From Gammaproteobacteria bacterium (GTDB taxonomy: Bacteria; Pseudomonadota; Gammaproteobacteria; Eutrophobiales; Eutrophobiaceae), in NCBI GenBank assembly GCA_965221695.1, contig OZ244905.1, positions 896,001 through 960,000 on the forward strand: 64,000 bases of DNA, given 5' to 3'. Numbering within the stretch: the first letter of the stretch is position 1; the number at the start of each line of letters is the position of its first letter. This document shows, piece by piece, positions 31,740 through 41,744 of this stretch. The notes under the pieces were generated by a model. It had not been told where the DNA came from. It was given only the letters and a program-made list of their open reading frames with translations, and made no database searches. The position numbers and the translations under genes are program-made.

Positions 31740-32861
31740 CATCAACCGAGTCAGTATTGATTCGTACAGGCGCGTCAGTATTTCCAGGTCGGCACAGCGT
31801 ACGCATTCATTGACCTTGTGGATTGTGGCATTTACCGGCCCCAGCTCCACCACCTCGGCGCCGGTGGGAGCGATGAAACGCCCGTCGGAAGTGCCACCAT
31901 CCGTGGCGACCTGCGGTGTGATGTCACAGACATCTATTAGCGCGCCCCGGACCGCGTCCAGCAGTTTCCCTGATTGTGTCAGGAATGGCTGGCTGCAAGG
32001 TCGCCACAGAATGTCGTAATCCAGTCTGTGCGCTTGTAGCAGGTTCTCAATGGCATCCTTGAGTTGATGTTCAGTCCATTCGGTGGAGAAACGCAGGTTG
32101 AAACTGACCTCCACAGAGGCCGGTATCACGTTCTCAGCGCCGCTCCCGGCATGAATATTGGATATCTGGAAGCTGGTGGGGGGATAATGAGCGTTGCCCT
32201 CATCCCAGATCCGCCGGCTCAACTCAACAAGCGCCGGGCTAACCAGATGCACAGGGTTTTTTGCCTGCGCGGGATATGCCGTGTGACCTTGTATGCCGGC
32301 AACTGTTAGTATCCCCGATAATGAACCGCGGCGGCCGTTCTTGATTACGTCGCCTAGTTTTTCGTTGCTGCACGGCTCGCCTACCAGGCACCAGTCTATC
32401 CTGATTTGTTTCTCATCCAGATATTCGACCACCTTTTTTGTGCCGTTGATTGCGATGCCTTCTTCATCGCTGGTTAACAGCAGGCTTATAGCGCCATTAA
32501 AGGTTGGATTGGCTGCGGCAAAACGCTCCAACGCTGTGACCATGGCGGCAACACTGCCCTTCATATCTGCCGCGCCACGGCCGTACAGGTAGCCATTCCG
32601 CTCCCGAGGCTCAAACGGCGGCGATTGCCATTCTGTCTCTGGTCCCGGCGGCACAACATCGGTATGGCCAAGGAAAGTGAAAACGGGTGAGCCGTTCCCG
32701 TAAGTAGCCCATAGGTTGGCCACTTCTGCGCAAGGCAGGTGGGTAATGGTGAACCCGCGTTTTTTCAAGCGCGCGCCGATCAACTGCTGGCAACCGGCGT
32801 CATCAGGTGTTACCGATGGCCTGGCTATGAGTTCCTTGGTCAATGCAAGTGTCATGGTCAT
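31725..32861 (-). CDS. dapE: Succinyl-diaminopimelate desuccinylase
   Basis: GHTDVVP, GRGAADMKG, TSDEEG, GGTSDGRFIA. Confidence 0.96.
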   Translation of the reverse strand: MTMTLALTKELIARPSVTPDDAGCQQLIGARLKKRGFTITHLPCAEVANLWATYGNGSPVFTFLGHTDVVPPGPETEWQSPPFEPRERNGYLYGRGAADMKGSVAAMVTALERFAAANPTFNGAISLLLTSDEEGIAINGTKKVVEYLDEKQIRIDWCLVGEPCSNEKLGDVIKNGRRGSLSGILTVAGIQGHTAYPAQAKNPVHLVSPALVELSRRIWDEGNAHYPPTSFQISNIHAGSGAENVIPASVEVSFNLRFSTEWTEHQLKDAIENLLQAHRLDYDILWRPCSQPFLTQSGKLLDAVRGALIDVCDITPQVATDGGTSDGRFIAPTGAEVVELGPVNATIHKVNECVRCADLEILTRLYESILTRLMLRKL

Positions 32862-32872
32862 GAGATTCAGAT

Positions 32873-32964
32873 TATAGAACCTCTGATTAAATCAGAGCTT
32901 ACAACGGTACAGGGATGTGCCGTCTCTGACAAGTCCTGGATGGGCTTGTTCAGCGCTTCCCTAA
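32873..32964 (+). mobile_element. Short (~90 bp) internally deleted MITE
   Basis: Both terminal hairpins present, central AT-rich/IHF segment absent. Confidence 0.8.
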
Positions 32965-32967
32965 TTC

Positions 32968-33444
32968 TCAAAGAATGAACAAGAAATCCAGTACTCGCCA
33001 GTCGCGCGCCTCGATGAGCACATGCCAGTTGCCTTTGATTAACACAGGCAAGTCTCCGTGGTATGTTCCGTTCCCGCTGTGTTCGAGCAGCAGTTTCCTG
33101 TCATGCCCACCTCGCGTGGGGTGCAGCAGGCGCAAGGTAATTTGTTCCGGTGGCGCAAATAGCTCGTTGCCCTGCAGGATTATCCGTATTTTCCTGTCGT
33201 CTTCCGTGGTATGGATGATTGCTTTGAGGTCGTATCCTTGCGCGGCGCGGTCCCGTTCCAGGGTGCGGTTGATTTCCAGCCCCCGCTTGTAATAATCGTC
33301 CACGACCAAACCGTCGTCGGAGGAGAACGCAAGCCAGGTGGTGATGATGCCGCCGATAATGGCCAGTAACGGGAACAGCAGGAGCAGCCAGACGTAAGGT
33401 TCTCTGAACCAGCTTTGTTTGTCAGGTTGATTGGAGGAGGTCAA
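32968..33444 (-). CDS. ccoH: FixH/CcoH family protein
   Basis: WFREPYVWLL...DGLVVDDYYKRGLEIN. Confidence 0.9.
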   Translation of the reverse strand: MTSSNQPDKQSWFREPYVWLLLLFPLLAIIGGIITTWLAFSSDDGLVVDDYYKRGLEINRTLERDRAAQGYDLKAIIHTTEDDRKIRIILQGNELFAPPEQITLRLLHPTRGGHDRKLLLEHSGNGTYHGDLPVLIKGNWHVLIEARDWRVLDFLFIL

Positions 33445-34817
33445 TTTACCGGGCCTAAAAATCGGGCGGTCTCGGTGACGCTGAGCTCATCGTCTTGCGT
33501 GGTCAGGATAAACTCGATTTCATTGGAGCGCGCCGCAAGGTTAAGTTCATCCGCGCGTACCCTGACCGGCACGCTGAGCACTTCACCGCTTGCGGCCGTG
33601 ATAGGCGTCTTATCGGTATGCACGGTGATACCGCTGATCCCAGTTACGTCCAGGGAATACTGCCGGGTTCTGCTATCCATGTTCATCACCTTCAAGGTAT
33701 ACACATTTTCTATCAACCCCTCCCGGGTTTCACGGTAGAGTTGGTTGCGATCCCGGATCACGTCTAGCGCGAGTGGAGTCCTGTTTGCCAGGGTACCCAG
33801 CAATAGGGTGAGCAATACCAGCAGGATGGCGCCGTAGATCATTATCCTGGGCCGGATTACCCGGGTTTGTTTGCCTTCCAGGGCATTCGGTGTCGTGTAA
33901 CGGATAAGGCCTTTTTGATAACCCATTTTGTCCATGACATCATCACACACGTCAATGCAGGCAGAACATCCTATACATTCGTATTGCAGACCGTCGCGGA
34001 TATCTATGCCCGTGGGGCAGACCTGTACGCAAAGCGTGCAGTTGATGCAATCTCCCAAGCCCTCTTTTGCCGGGTTGACTTCGGGTCGACGCGCGCCGCG
34101 CGGCTCGCCGCGTTTTTCGTCATAGGAGATGATCAAGGTGTCGGCATCGAACATCGCGCTTTGAAAACGCGCATAGGGACACATGTATTTACAGACCTGT
34201 TCGCGCATCCAGCCGGCATTGCCGTAGGTGGCAAAACTGTAAAACAGTAACCAGAAACTCTCCCAGGGACCGAGTTGCAGCGCCAGGGTTTTTGCCGCCA
34301 GTTCGTGAGCCGGGGTGAAATAGGCGACGAAGGTAAATCCGGTCCACAGTGAAAACAGTATCCAGATCGTATGCTTGGCGCCTTTTATCCGTAGTTTCCT
34401 GAAATTCAATGGCGACTGGTCCAGCCGCATCTGCTGTATCCGGTTTCCTTCGATAGTGCGTTCAATCCATAAAAAAACTTCCGTCCATACGGTTTGGGGG
34501 CAGGCGTAGCCACACCACAAGCGTCCTGCCAGCGCGGTGAAAAAGAACAGGGACATGGCTGCGATGATCAGCAGCAAGGTCAGCATCGGAAAGTCCTGGG
34601 GCCACAGGGTAAGACCGAATATATAAAACTTGCGCGCCGGCAGGTCCAGCAGCACAGCCTGCCGGCCCGACCATTCCACCCAGGGCAGCGCGTAATACAA
34701 TCCCAACAGCCCGAGCACTGCGCCTACCCTGAGCAGCGCAAACTTGCCGTGCACTTCCCGCGGATAGACTTTCTCCCGTTTCTCGAACAGGGATAATTCT
34801 ACGGATGGGGTTGCCAT
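33441..34817 (-). CDS. ccoG: cbb3 oxidase accessory polyferredoxin CcoG
   Basis: WCGYACPQTVWT, CKYMCPY, CINCTLCVQVCP. Confidence 0.95.
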   Translation of the reverse strand: MATPSVELSLFEKREKVYPREVHGKFALLRVGAVLGLLGLYYALPWVEWSGRQAVLLDLPARKFYIFGLTLWPQDFPMLTLLLIIAAMSLFFFTALAGRLWCGYACPQTVWTEVFLWIERTIEGNRIQQMRLDQSPLNFRKLRIKGAKHTIWILFSLWTGFTFVAYFTPAHELAAKTLALQLGPWESFWLLFYSFATYGNAGWMREQVCKYMCPYARFQSAMFDADTLIISYDEKRGEPRGARRPEVNPAKEGLGDCINCTLCVQVCPTGIDIRDGLQYECIGCSACIDVCDDVMDKMGYQKGLIRYTTPNALEGKQTRVIRPRIMIYGAILLVLLTLLLGTLANRTPLALDVIRDRNQLYRETREGLIENVYTLKVMNMDSRTRQYSLDVTGISGITVHTDKTPITAASGEVLSVPVRVRADELNLAARSNEIEFILTTQDDELSVTETARFLGPVN

Positions 34818-34856
34818 GAATAACGGATTGGGTTGTTACGACTACGACCGCGGGTG

Positions 34857-35123
34857 TTATTCACCCGGTGTTAAGTCACCCGAAAGAAAATAGACACACA
34901 ACAGTCCGGCGCAAGCGCATAACAGCCAGAAGAACAGAAAGCCGATACTGTAGCTCGCAATATGCCCGAGTCCCGGCGCCGCCAGGCACGCGCCGATATC
35001 GGACGGGTCCACAACGCTGAAAAGTATCCCGGTAGGGACGATCGCGAGCAGGAACGACAGCCACAGGATCGCGACAAATTGATAGGACTCGGGAATTTTT
35101 CGGCTATTGCCCGGTTTTGTCAT
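34857..35123 (-). CDS. Small two-TM hypothetical protein between ccoP and ccoG
   Basis: ILWLSFL...FSVVDP...YSIGFLFFW; in line with the operon. Confidence 0.75.
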   Translation of the reverse strand: MTKPGNSRKIPESYQFVAILWLSFLLAIVPTGILFSVVDPSDIGACLAAPGLGHIASYSIGFLFFWLLCACAGLLCVYFLSGDLTPGE

Positions 35124-35156
35124 CGCGCTTGGCCCGGAATTCTCAGCAGGCGGCGC

Positions 35157-36062
35157 TTAATTCTTAGACAGGCTATACACATACGCGGCCAGCAAGTGGG
35201 ACTTGGCTTCGCCCAGGAACTCCTCGTGGGGCGGCATCACATTTTCGAAGCCGGTACCGATGCCTTCGACAATGCGGTGTTTCGATGCGCCGTGCAGCCA
35301 GATATCATCCGCCAGGTTCGGCGCGCCGAAGGCCGGGTTGCCGGCGCCGGTTTCGCCATGGCAGACTGCGCAGTAGGCATCGTAAGTCGGCTTGCCCCGG
35401 GCTGCTGCTGCCGGGTCGAATAAACGGTCGCTCAGGGACAGGACGTGATGGGTTACGTCGTCTATCTCCTGATCAGTGATAATGTCCTTCCAGCCGGGCA
35501 TCAAACCACTCCTGCCGTTGAGGATGCTCGTCTTGATGGTTTCGGGGTCGCCGCCGTAAAGCCAATCGTCATCGCGCAGGTTCGGGAATCCGCGGGCGCC
35601 GCGGGCGTCGGAACCGTGGCAGGTACTGCAATAGTTGGAAAACAACCGGCGGCCAACCTCCACCGCGTCGGGGTCAGCGGCCAGGGTTTCCAGGTCTTGA
35701 TTCAGGTAGCGATTGAACAGCGGGCCGTAATTTCTTTCCGCTGCCTGAATTTCTTCCTCGTACTGACTGATTTGACTCCAGCCGAGGATGCCGCCGAACG
35801 CGCCCAGACCGGGATACAACACCAGGTAAATGATGCTGAAGACGAGCGTAATGTAAAACAGGTTCAGCCACCAGCGCGGCATGGGCTTGTTGTACTCCCG
35901 AAGGTCCTCATCCCAGATATGCCCCGTGGTCTCAGCGTCTGCGTCAGAGGTGGGTGTTTTGCCTCCCTTGAATACCGCGAACAATATGATTAGCGCGACG
36001 ATGGAACCGATGGTCGCAACAATAATGAATATGCTCCAAAAAGGACTGGTGAAATCAGCCAT
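35157..36062 (-). CDS. ccoP: cbb3 oxidase subunit III
   Basis: TTGHIWDEDLREYN, two CxxCH motifs. Confidence 0.96.
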   Translation of the reverse strand: MADFTSPFWSIFIIVATIGSIVALIILFAVFKGGKTPTSDADAETTGHIWDEDLREYNKPMPRWWLNLFYITLVFSIIYLVLYPGLGAFGGILGWSQISQYEEEIQAAERNYGPLFNRYLNQDLETLAADPDAVEVGRRLFSNYCSTCHGSDARGARGFPNLRDDDWLYGGDPETIKTSILNGRSGLMPGWKDIITDQEIDDVTHHVLSLSDRLFDPAAAARGKPTYDAYCAVCHGETGAGNPAFGAPNLADDIWLHGASKHRIVEGIGTGFENVMPPHEEFLGEAKSHLLAAYVYSLSKN

Positions 36063-36216
36063 GGTTCTCGTCCGGCTCTTCCTGCAATGGAATGTTTGCG
36101 GCCTCCTCGAAAGATTTTTTCCGCTTGCCGCTGAAGGCCCAGCAGACTATCCCCACGAACAGCGCGGCAATGAAAAGAGTCCACAATGTCTGGATCAATG
36201 CGATACTCATTGCCAT
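36055..36216 (-). CDS. ccoQ: cbb3 oxidase subunit IV (not in ORF track)
   Basis: Hand translation [53 protein letters not shown], between ccoO and ccoP. Confidence 0.9.
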   Translation of the reverse strand: MAMSIALIQTLWTLFIAALFVGIVCWAFSGKRKKSFEEAANIPLQEEPDENHG

Positions 36217-36830
36217 CAGCGCCGGGTTTTTACCGCCGTTCCCAGGACCTGCAGGTAGGCGATTAACGCGTCCATTTCGGTCTTGTCGCGCAACGCATCG
36301 GGCGCATCCTCCAGTTCCTCATCCGTATAGGGCGTGCCCAATTTGCGCAGCGCCCGCATTTTTGTCCTGATGGTGGTCGGGTCTAACGGAATGTCCTCGA
36401 GCCAGGGATAACCCGGCATGATGGATTCCGGCACTACATCCCTGGGGTTGATCAAGTGTATCCGGTGCCATTCGTCATTGTAACGCCCGCCGACGCGATG
36501 CAGGTCGGGTCCGGTCCGTTTCGACCCCCACTGGAACGGGCGATCGTAAACAAATTCGCCGGCCAGGGAGTAATGACCGTAGCGTTCCGTTTCCGCGCGA
36601 AACGGGCGGATCATCTGCGAATGGCAGGTATAACAACCCTCCTTGACATAGACGTCCCGTCCGGCAAGCTGCAGCGCGGTATAGGGTTTCAGACCATCTA
36701 CCGGTTCCGTAGTGGAGTGCATGAAGAACAGCGGGACGATCTGTACCAGCCCGCCGATACTGATCACGACAATAATCAGGATGATCATGTAGCCGATATG
36801 CGTTTCTACTTTTTCGTGTGAGATTTTCAA
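36216..36830 (-). CDS. ccoO: cbb3 oxidase subunit II
   Basis: [24 protein letters not shown]. Confidence 0.96.
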   Translation of the reverse strand: MKISHEKVETHIGYMIILIIVVISIGGLVQIVPLFFMHSTTEPVDGLKPYTALQLAGRDVYVKEGCYTCHSQMIRPFRAETERYGHYSLAGEFVYDRPFQWGSKRTGPDLHRVGGRYNDEWHRIHLINPRDVVPESIMPGYPWLEDIPLDPTTIRTKMRALRKLGTPYTDEELEDAPDALRDKTEMDALIAYLQVLGTAVKTRR

Positions 36831-36844
36831 GCTGATACCACCTG

Positions 36845-38290
36845 TCAGGCATGCGCCGGCTGCGGGATGGGAGCCTCCACCGGTTTTGCGCCGGCAATAG
36901 TTTTCCAGATGTTGTAGGCCATGACCAGCACGCCCAGCAGGAACAGGCCGCCGCCAAGGAAACGGATCAGGTAAAACGGGTGCATGGCCTGGACTGATTC
37001 GACGAAGTTGTAAGTCAGGGTGCCGTCATCGTTGACCGCCCGCCACATCAGTCCCTGCATGATGCCCGCGACCCACATGGAGGTGATGTACAGCACGACA
37101 CCGATGGTCGAGGTCCAGAAATGCACCTCGATCAACTTGACGCTGTATATCTCCCGTCCGAAAAGACGCGGGATGAGGTAATACATCGCGCCCAGGGAGA
37201 TCATCGCCACCCAACCCAGCGCGCCTGAATGCACATGCCCGACGGTCCAGTCCGTGTAGTGGGACAGGGCATTGACCGTTTTAATGGACATCAGCGGCCC
37301 TTCAAAGGTAGCCATGCCGTAAAAGGATACGGCAATGATCAGGAACCGCAGGATCGGGTCGGTGCGTAACTTGTGCCAGGCGCCCGACAGTGTCAGCACG
37401 CCATTGATCATGCCGCCCCAGGATGGCGCAAGCAGAATTATCGACATCAGCATACCCAGGGTCTGGGTCCATTCCGGCAGCGCGGTGTAATGCAAGTGGT
37501 GCGGGCCGGCCCAGATATAGGTGAAAATAAGCGACCAGAAATGCACGATGGACAGCCGGTAGGAATACACCGGGCGGTTGGCCTGCTTGGGGATGAAGTA
37601 ATACATCATCCCGAGAAAACCGGCAGTGAGGAAAAAGCCGACCGCGTTATGGCCGTACCACCACTGCACCATTGCATCCTGTACGCCGGCATAGACCGAG
37701 TAGGACTTGGTCAGGCTGACCGGTATCGCCAGGCTGTTGAAGATGTGCAAGATGGCGATGGTAATAATAAATGACGCATAGAACCAGTTGGCAACATAGA
37801 TGTGTTTGATCCTGCGGCGTCTGAGGGTGCCGAAAAACACCAGCGCATAGGCAATCCAGACCACGGCGATCAGTATATCAATGGGCCACTCCAGTTCGGC
37901 ATATTCCTTGGAGGTGGTAATCCCCAGGGGCAGGGTAATGGCTGCCAGCACGATGACCGCCTGCCAGCCCCAGAAGGTGAACGCAGCCAGACCATCGCTG
38001 CAGAGCCTGACATGACAGGTACGCTGGACGATATAGTACGAGGTTGAAAACAGCGCGCTGCCGCCGAAAGCAAAGATGACTGCGTTGGTGTGGAGCGGGC
38101 GCAAGCGGCCGAAACTGAGCCAGGGGACATCGAAATTAAGCGCCGGCCAGACCATCTGCGCGGCAATGAGGACGCCGACCGCCATTCCGACAATGCCCCA
38201 GACGACAGTCATGATCGCAAACTGCCGCACTACCTTGTAGTTATAGGTTTCCCCTGTTGTTTGTAGATTATTTTCAACCATCTTTGTCAT
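36845..38290 (-). CDS. ccoN: cbb3 oxidase subunit I
   Basis: [35 protein letters not shown]. Confidence 0.97.
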   Translation of the reverse strand: MTKMVENNLQTTGETYNYKVVRQFAIMTVVWGIVGMAVGVLIAAQMVWPALNFDVPWLSFGRLRPLHTNAVIFAFGGSALFSTSYYIVQRTCHVRLCSDGLAAFTFWGWQAVIVLAAITLPLGITTSKEYAELEWPIDILIAVVWIAYALVFFGTLRRRRIKHIYVANWFYASFIITIAILHIFNSLAIPVSLTKSYSVYAGVQDAMVQWWYGHNAVGFFLTAGFLGMMYYFIPKQANRPVYSYRLSIVHFWSLIFTYIWAGPHHLHYTALPEWTQTLGMLMSIILLAPSWGGMINGVLTLSGAWHKLRTDPILRFLIIAVSFYGMATFEGPLMSIKTVNALSHYTDWTVGHVHSGALGWVAMISLGAMYYLIPRLFGREIYSVKLIEVHFWTSTIGVVLYITSMWVAGIMQGLMWRAVNDDGTLTYNFVESVQAMHPFYLIRFLGGGLFLLGVLVMAYNIWKTIAGAKPVEAPIPQPAHA

Positions 38291-38293
38291 GGC

Positions 38294-38845
38294 TCAGGCG
38301 CCGAGGTTGCTAATGATGCCCTCGTAAAGTTTTTTGTATTGGGCGTGAACCACATCGCCGAATAACGGATCCTCCACCTGGGAAATCTTATCGTCGATCA
38401 GTTGCCAATCTGAATCCTCCAAGGTAATTATGGCCTTTGGGAAAATACTTCCCTCCTCCAGGTCCACATGGTTCCGGAACAGGTCGATGTAGGTCCTGGC
38501 ATTATCGAGAATTCGGTCCAGAGGAACAATCGCGCCGTTAATTACTGCGTTAAGCGCCTCTTTCAAGGCCAGCCCTGTTTCTGCGAGCTGCTTGTGTTCC
38601 GTGGTTAACTTGCGGACATCATCCAAACAGTCCGGGTCGAGGGCGCTCAGAATATCAAAAACGAGTTCTTCATGGGGATGGTGGCAGGCATCTGGATAAC
38701 TGACCATGTAATTTAAAATGTCATACATCAGTACGAAATCAGGTTCTTCTCCCTGATTCAGTTTCTCTGCTTCCATACTCAACAGGCTCAGCAATGCCAC
38801 ATGGTTTTTGTGGTCCTGGTGGAGGATATCTATCAAAGTTGCCAT
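38294..38845 (-). CDS. Hemerythrin/HHE-domain protein
   Basis: LHQDH, HHPHEE, EH, HVDLEE motifs; 3 bp upstream of ccoN. Confidence 0.85.
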   Translation of the reverse strand: MATLIDILHQDHKNHVALLSLLSMEAEKLNQGEEPDFVLMYDILNYMVSYPDACHHPHEELVFDILSALDPDCLDDVRKLTTEHKQLAETGLALKEALNAVINGAIVPLDRILDNARTYIDLFRNHVDLEEGSIFPKAIITLEDSDWQLIDDKISQVEDPLFGDVVHAQYKKLYEGIISNLGA

Positions 38846-39009
38846 CAGTCATATTCTAGCGCATCGGCAGACATTAATCACAGCAGTACAGCAAAATAAT
38901 TACCTGACTCATTTTTCACGGTCAACCGAACCGGAGGATATCAAACACAAACAGCCTGTTGTCCGGTTATAATTACATTCATATTAATTCAAACGGCTGA
39001 AGCGAACTT

Positions 39010-39140
39010 TCTTTCGAGGGAGTGGTACGGTAGCGGGGAGCACAGGAGCGACCCCCATACCATTCCCGTGGAAACGGGAATCCAGTGAGACAAGGAGTCG
39101 CCATGCGGGCGACACAATATTTGACTGGACTCCCGCTTTT
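39010..39140. repeat. dRS3-like BIME unit
   Basis: gggagtggtac...cattcccgtggaaacgggaatccag...ctggactcccgc with conserved linkers. Confidence 0.8.
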
Positions 39141-39276
39141 CAGCCTGCCCCCGTATGGCGTTGAGCAGTGGCGGAAGTGGTTCGGGGAAATGCCCTGGCC
39201 TGTGCGGATAGTAACGTACTATTGGGGCATACTAATCTCTCATCATGAAGGTATAGATAGTCTTGATCCTGGTAGT

Positions 39277-41550
39277 ATGCTTAACTCTGGGGAAAAACTC
39301 GTGAATGCCCCCACACACTTCAGCGCGTATGATAATGAGCGGATACAGGAAAGCTTTGTGCGCAGGGTGGATGCCGTTAACAGGGAGGCGACGCTGCTGG
39401 TGGAGGGTATTACCTGCCCGTCCTGCATTCGGAAAATCGAACAGAGCCTGAGCGGCCTGCCCGGCGTTGCCGAATTCTCCATCAACTTTTCCAGCCACCA
39501 GGCTAATGTGCGCTGGGATGCGGGCCGCGTGCGCGTCAGTGAGATTCTGGACAACATAGCAGGACTGGGTTACCGGGCTTACCCCTGGGAGGGGCAGCGT
39601 GAACAGGCGCGGTTTGCCGAACAGCGGCGCGCGGGGTTGTTACGCATCGGCCTGGCAGGCGTGCTGGCGATGCAGGTCATGATGATATCCGTCGGTCTTT
39701 ATGCCGGGCAGCATCACGGCATTGGCGAAGAGTTCAGGGACTTCCTGCGCTGGGTTGCCGCGTTGTTGACGTTGCCGGTCTTGATTTACTGCGCGCGGCC
39801 GTTTTTCAGCGGCGCGTATTATGACCTGCGCCGGCTGCGGCCGGGTATGGATGTGCCGGTCTGCCTGGGTATCAGCATTGCATTTGCCGGCAGCGTATGG
39901 GCGACCTGGACGCAGTCAGAACATATTTATTTTGATTCCATCGTAATGCTGGTCTTTTTTCTCTCGCTCAGCCGTTACCTGGAATTCATGGCGCGGCACA
40001 AGGCGAACGGGCAGCTTGCGGGGTTGAAGAAAATCATACCGGCCACAGCCGTCAGGATGGTGGGTGAAGGTTCCGGCCAGGGGCGGGAAACCGTTCCCGT
40101 GGCAGACCTGCAACCCGGAGACTGCGTTGCGGTGCGCCCGGGAGAAATCATCCCGGCGGACGGCACGGTCATCCTGGGACAAACGGACGTAAATGAGGCG
40201 ATTATCACCGGCGAAAGCCTGCCGGTAAGCAAGGGACCGGGGGCGCGTCTGATTGGGGGCAGCGCCAATATCACATCACCGTTGCAGATGCGGGTCGAAC
40301 AGGCGGGAGAAGGGTCCGTGCTGAGGAACATTACCGGCATGGCAGAGCAGGCACAGGCACACAAATCACGGCTGACGGGGTTTGCCGACCGGGTCGCATC
40401 CTGGTTCATTCTCTGTGTGCTCGCGCTTGCGGCGCTGGTCGGGCTGTACTGGTGGCAGACCGACCCGGCATCGGTTCTCCCCGTTATCGTTTCGGTACTG
40501 GTCGTAACCTGCCCTTGCGCGTTGGCGCTGGCAATGCCGAGCGCAGTCACCTCTGCGTCGACAGCCCTGATGAAGCGGGGTATTGCCTGCAAGTCTTCCG
40601 ACGCGCTGGAGCAGGTGGCCGGCGCCGACGAGGTCATCTTCGATAAAACGGGCACCCTGACAACCGGTCAGATGCAACTGCGCGAGGTGACGCCTTGTTC
40701 CGCGTTGGATGCCCGGCGCTGCCTCACGATTGCCGCGGCGTTGGAGACCGATTCCGAGCACCCGCTGGGCAGGGCGCTGGTTCGTGCCGGCTGCACGGAA
40801 AATATTGCCGCGGACGGCGTAGTGAATTATCCCGGCGGTGGCATATCCGGCAGTGTGGACCAACGCAGGTATGTTATCGGTAGCCGGCGTTTTATAGAGA
40901 CGCAAACAGGCATCACAGAGTTTCCCGACACGCCGGGGCCGGCCGCGGCCACACGGGCGTTCCTCGCAGATGACAACGGGATTCTTGCAGTATTTACTTT
41001 TACCGACGAACTCCGTCCCGGCGCCACAGAGCTGGTCCGCTATGTCAAGCGCCGCGGGAAAAGGACTATTCTGCTCAGTGGCGACCAGCGCAATCCTGTC
41101 GCAGACATTGCCGCGCGCCTGGAATTTGACGAGTTTCATTTCGAATTGGAACCCGGCGACAAGCTGGAATTCATCAACCGCAGAACCCGCGACGGTCGTG
41201 CCACGGTTATGCTGGGCGATGGCATCAACGACGTGCCGGTGCTGGCGGCAGCCACGGTGGCTGTTTCCATCAATGAAGCCGCGGACCTGGCCAAGGTTCA
41301 TTCAGATATTGTCATTTTAAATGACAACATGGAAAATGCCGCGTTTATCGTACTGCTGGGGAACCGGACCATGAGGATAATCAGACAGAACATAGCATGG
41401 GCTATCGGGTATAACCTGGTGGCCTTACCCGCTGCCTGCCTGGGATACCTGGCCCCGTGGATGGCCGCCATCGGCATGTCGCTCAGCTCCCTCGTCGTGG
41501 TCTTAAATGCGTTGCGCCTGCTTGCAACGGAGCCGCCACACGCGGCGTGA
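39277..41550 (+). CDS. ccoI: P1B-type copper ATPase CcoI/FixI
   Basis: CPSC HMA domain, TGES, CPC, DKTGT, GDGIND; followed by ccoS; start uncertain (39277 or 39301). Confidence 0.9.
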   Translation: MLNSGEKLVNAPTHFSAYDNERIQESFVRRVDAVNREATLLVEGITCPSCIRKIEQSLSGLPGVAEFSINFSSHQANVRWDAGRVRVSEILDNIAGLGYRAYPWEGQREQARFAEQRRAGLLRIGLAGVLAMQVMMISVGLYAGQHHGIGEEFRDFLRWVAALLTLPVLIYCARPFFSGAYYDLRRLRPGMDVPVCLGISIAFAGSVWATWTQSEHIYFDSIVMLVFFLSLSRYLEFMARHKANGQLAGLKKIIPATAVRMVGEGSGQGRETVPVADLQPGDCVAVRPGEIIPADGTVILGQTDVNEAIITGESLPVSKGPGARLIGGSANITSPLQMRVEQAGEGSVLRNITGMAEQAQAHKSRLTGFADRVASWFILCVLALAALVGLYWWQTDPASVLPVIVSVLVVTCPCALALAMPSAVTSASTALMKRGIACKSSDALEQVAGADEVIFDKTGTLTTGQMQLREVTPCSALDARRCLTIAAALETDSEHPLGRALVRAGCTENIAADGVVNYPGGGISGSVDQRRYVIGSRRFIETQTGITEFPDTPGPAAATRAFLADDNGILAVFTFTDELRPGATELVRYVKRRGKRTILLSGDQRNPVADIAARLEFDEFHFELEPGDKLEFINRRTRDGRATVMLGDGINDVPVLAAATVAVSINEAADLAKVHSDIVILNDNMENAAFIVLLGNRTMRIIRQNIAWAIGYNLVALPAACLGYLAPWMAAIGMSLSSLVVVLNALRLLATEPPHAA

Positions 41551-41566
41551 TAGACGGAGCGCACCG

Positions 41567-41740
41567 GTGGAAGTCATTTATTTGCTGGTTTTCATCTCCC
41601 TGGTCCTGGTGCTGGTCATTTCCTGCGTGTTTTTCTGGGCTGTGAAAAGCGGGCAGTATGACGACCTGGAGGGGCCGCGCCACCGGATCCTGGCCGATGA
41701 TGATTCCATCCAGGACGGCAAAGAGAGCAACAACGGATAA
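41567..41740 (+). CDS. ccoS: cbb3 oxidase assembly protein CcoS
   Basis: VEVIYLLV...FFWAVKSGQYDDLEGP.HRILADD. Confidence 0.92.
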   Translation: MEVIYLLVFISLVLVLVISCVFFWAVKSGQYDDLEGPRHRILADDDSIQDGKESNNG

Positions 41741-41744
41741 CAAC

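Noticed and set aside
38846-39300. FNR box for the cco genes
   Set aside because: Only half-sites (atcaa, ttgat) were found, without a correctly spaced partner.
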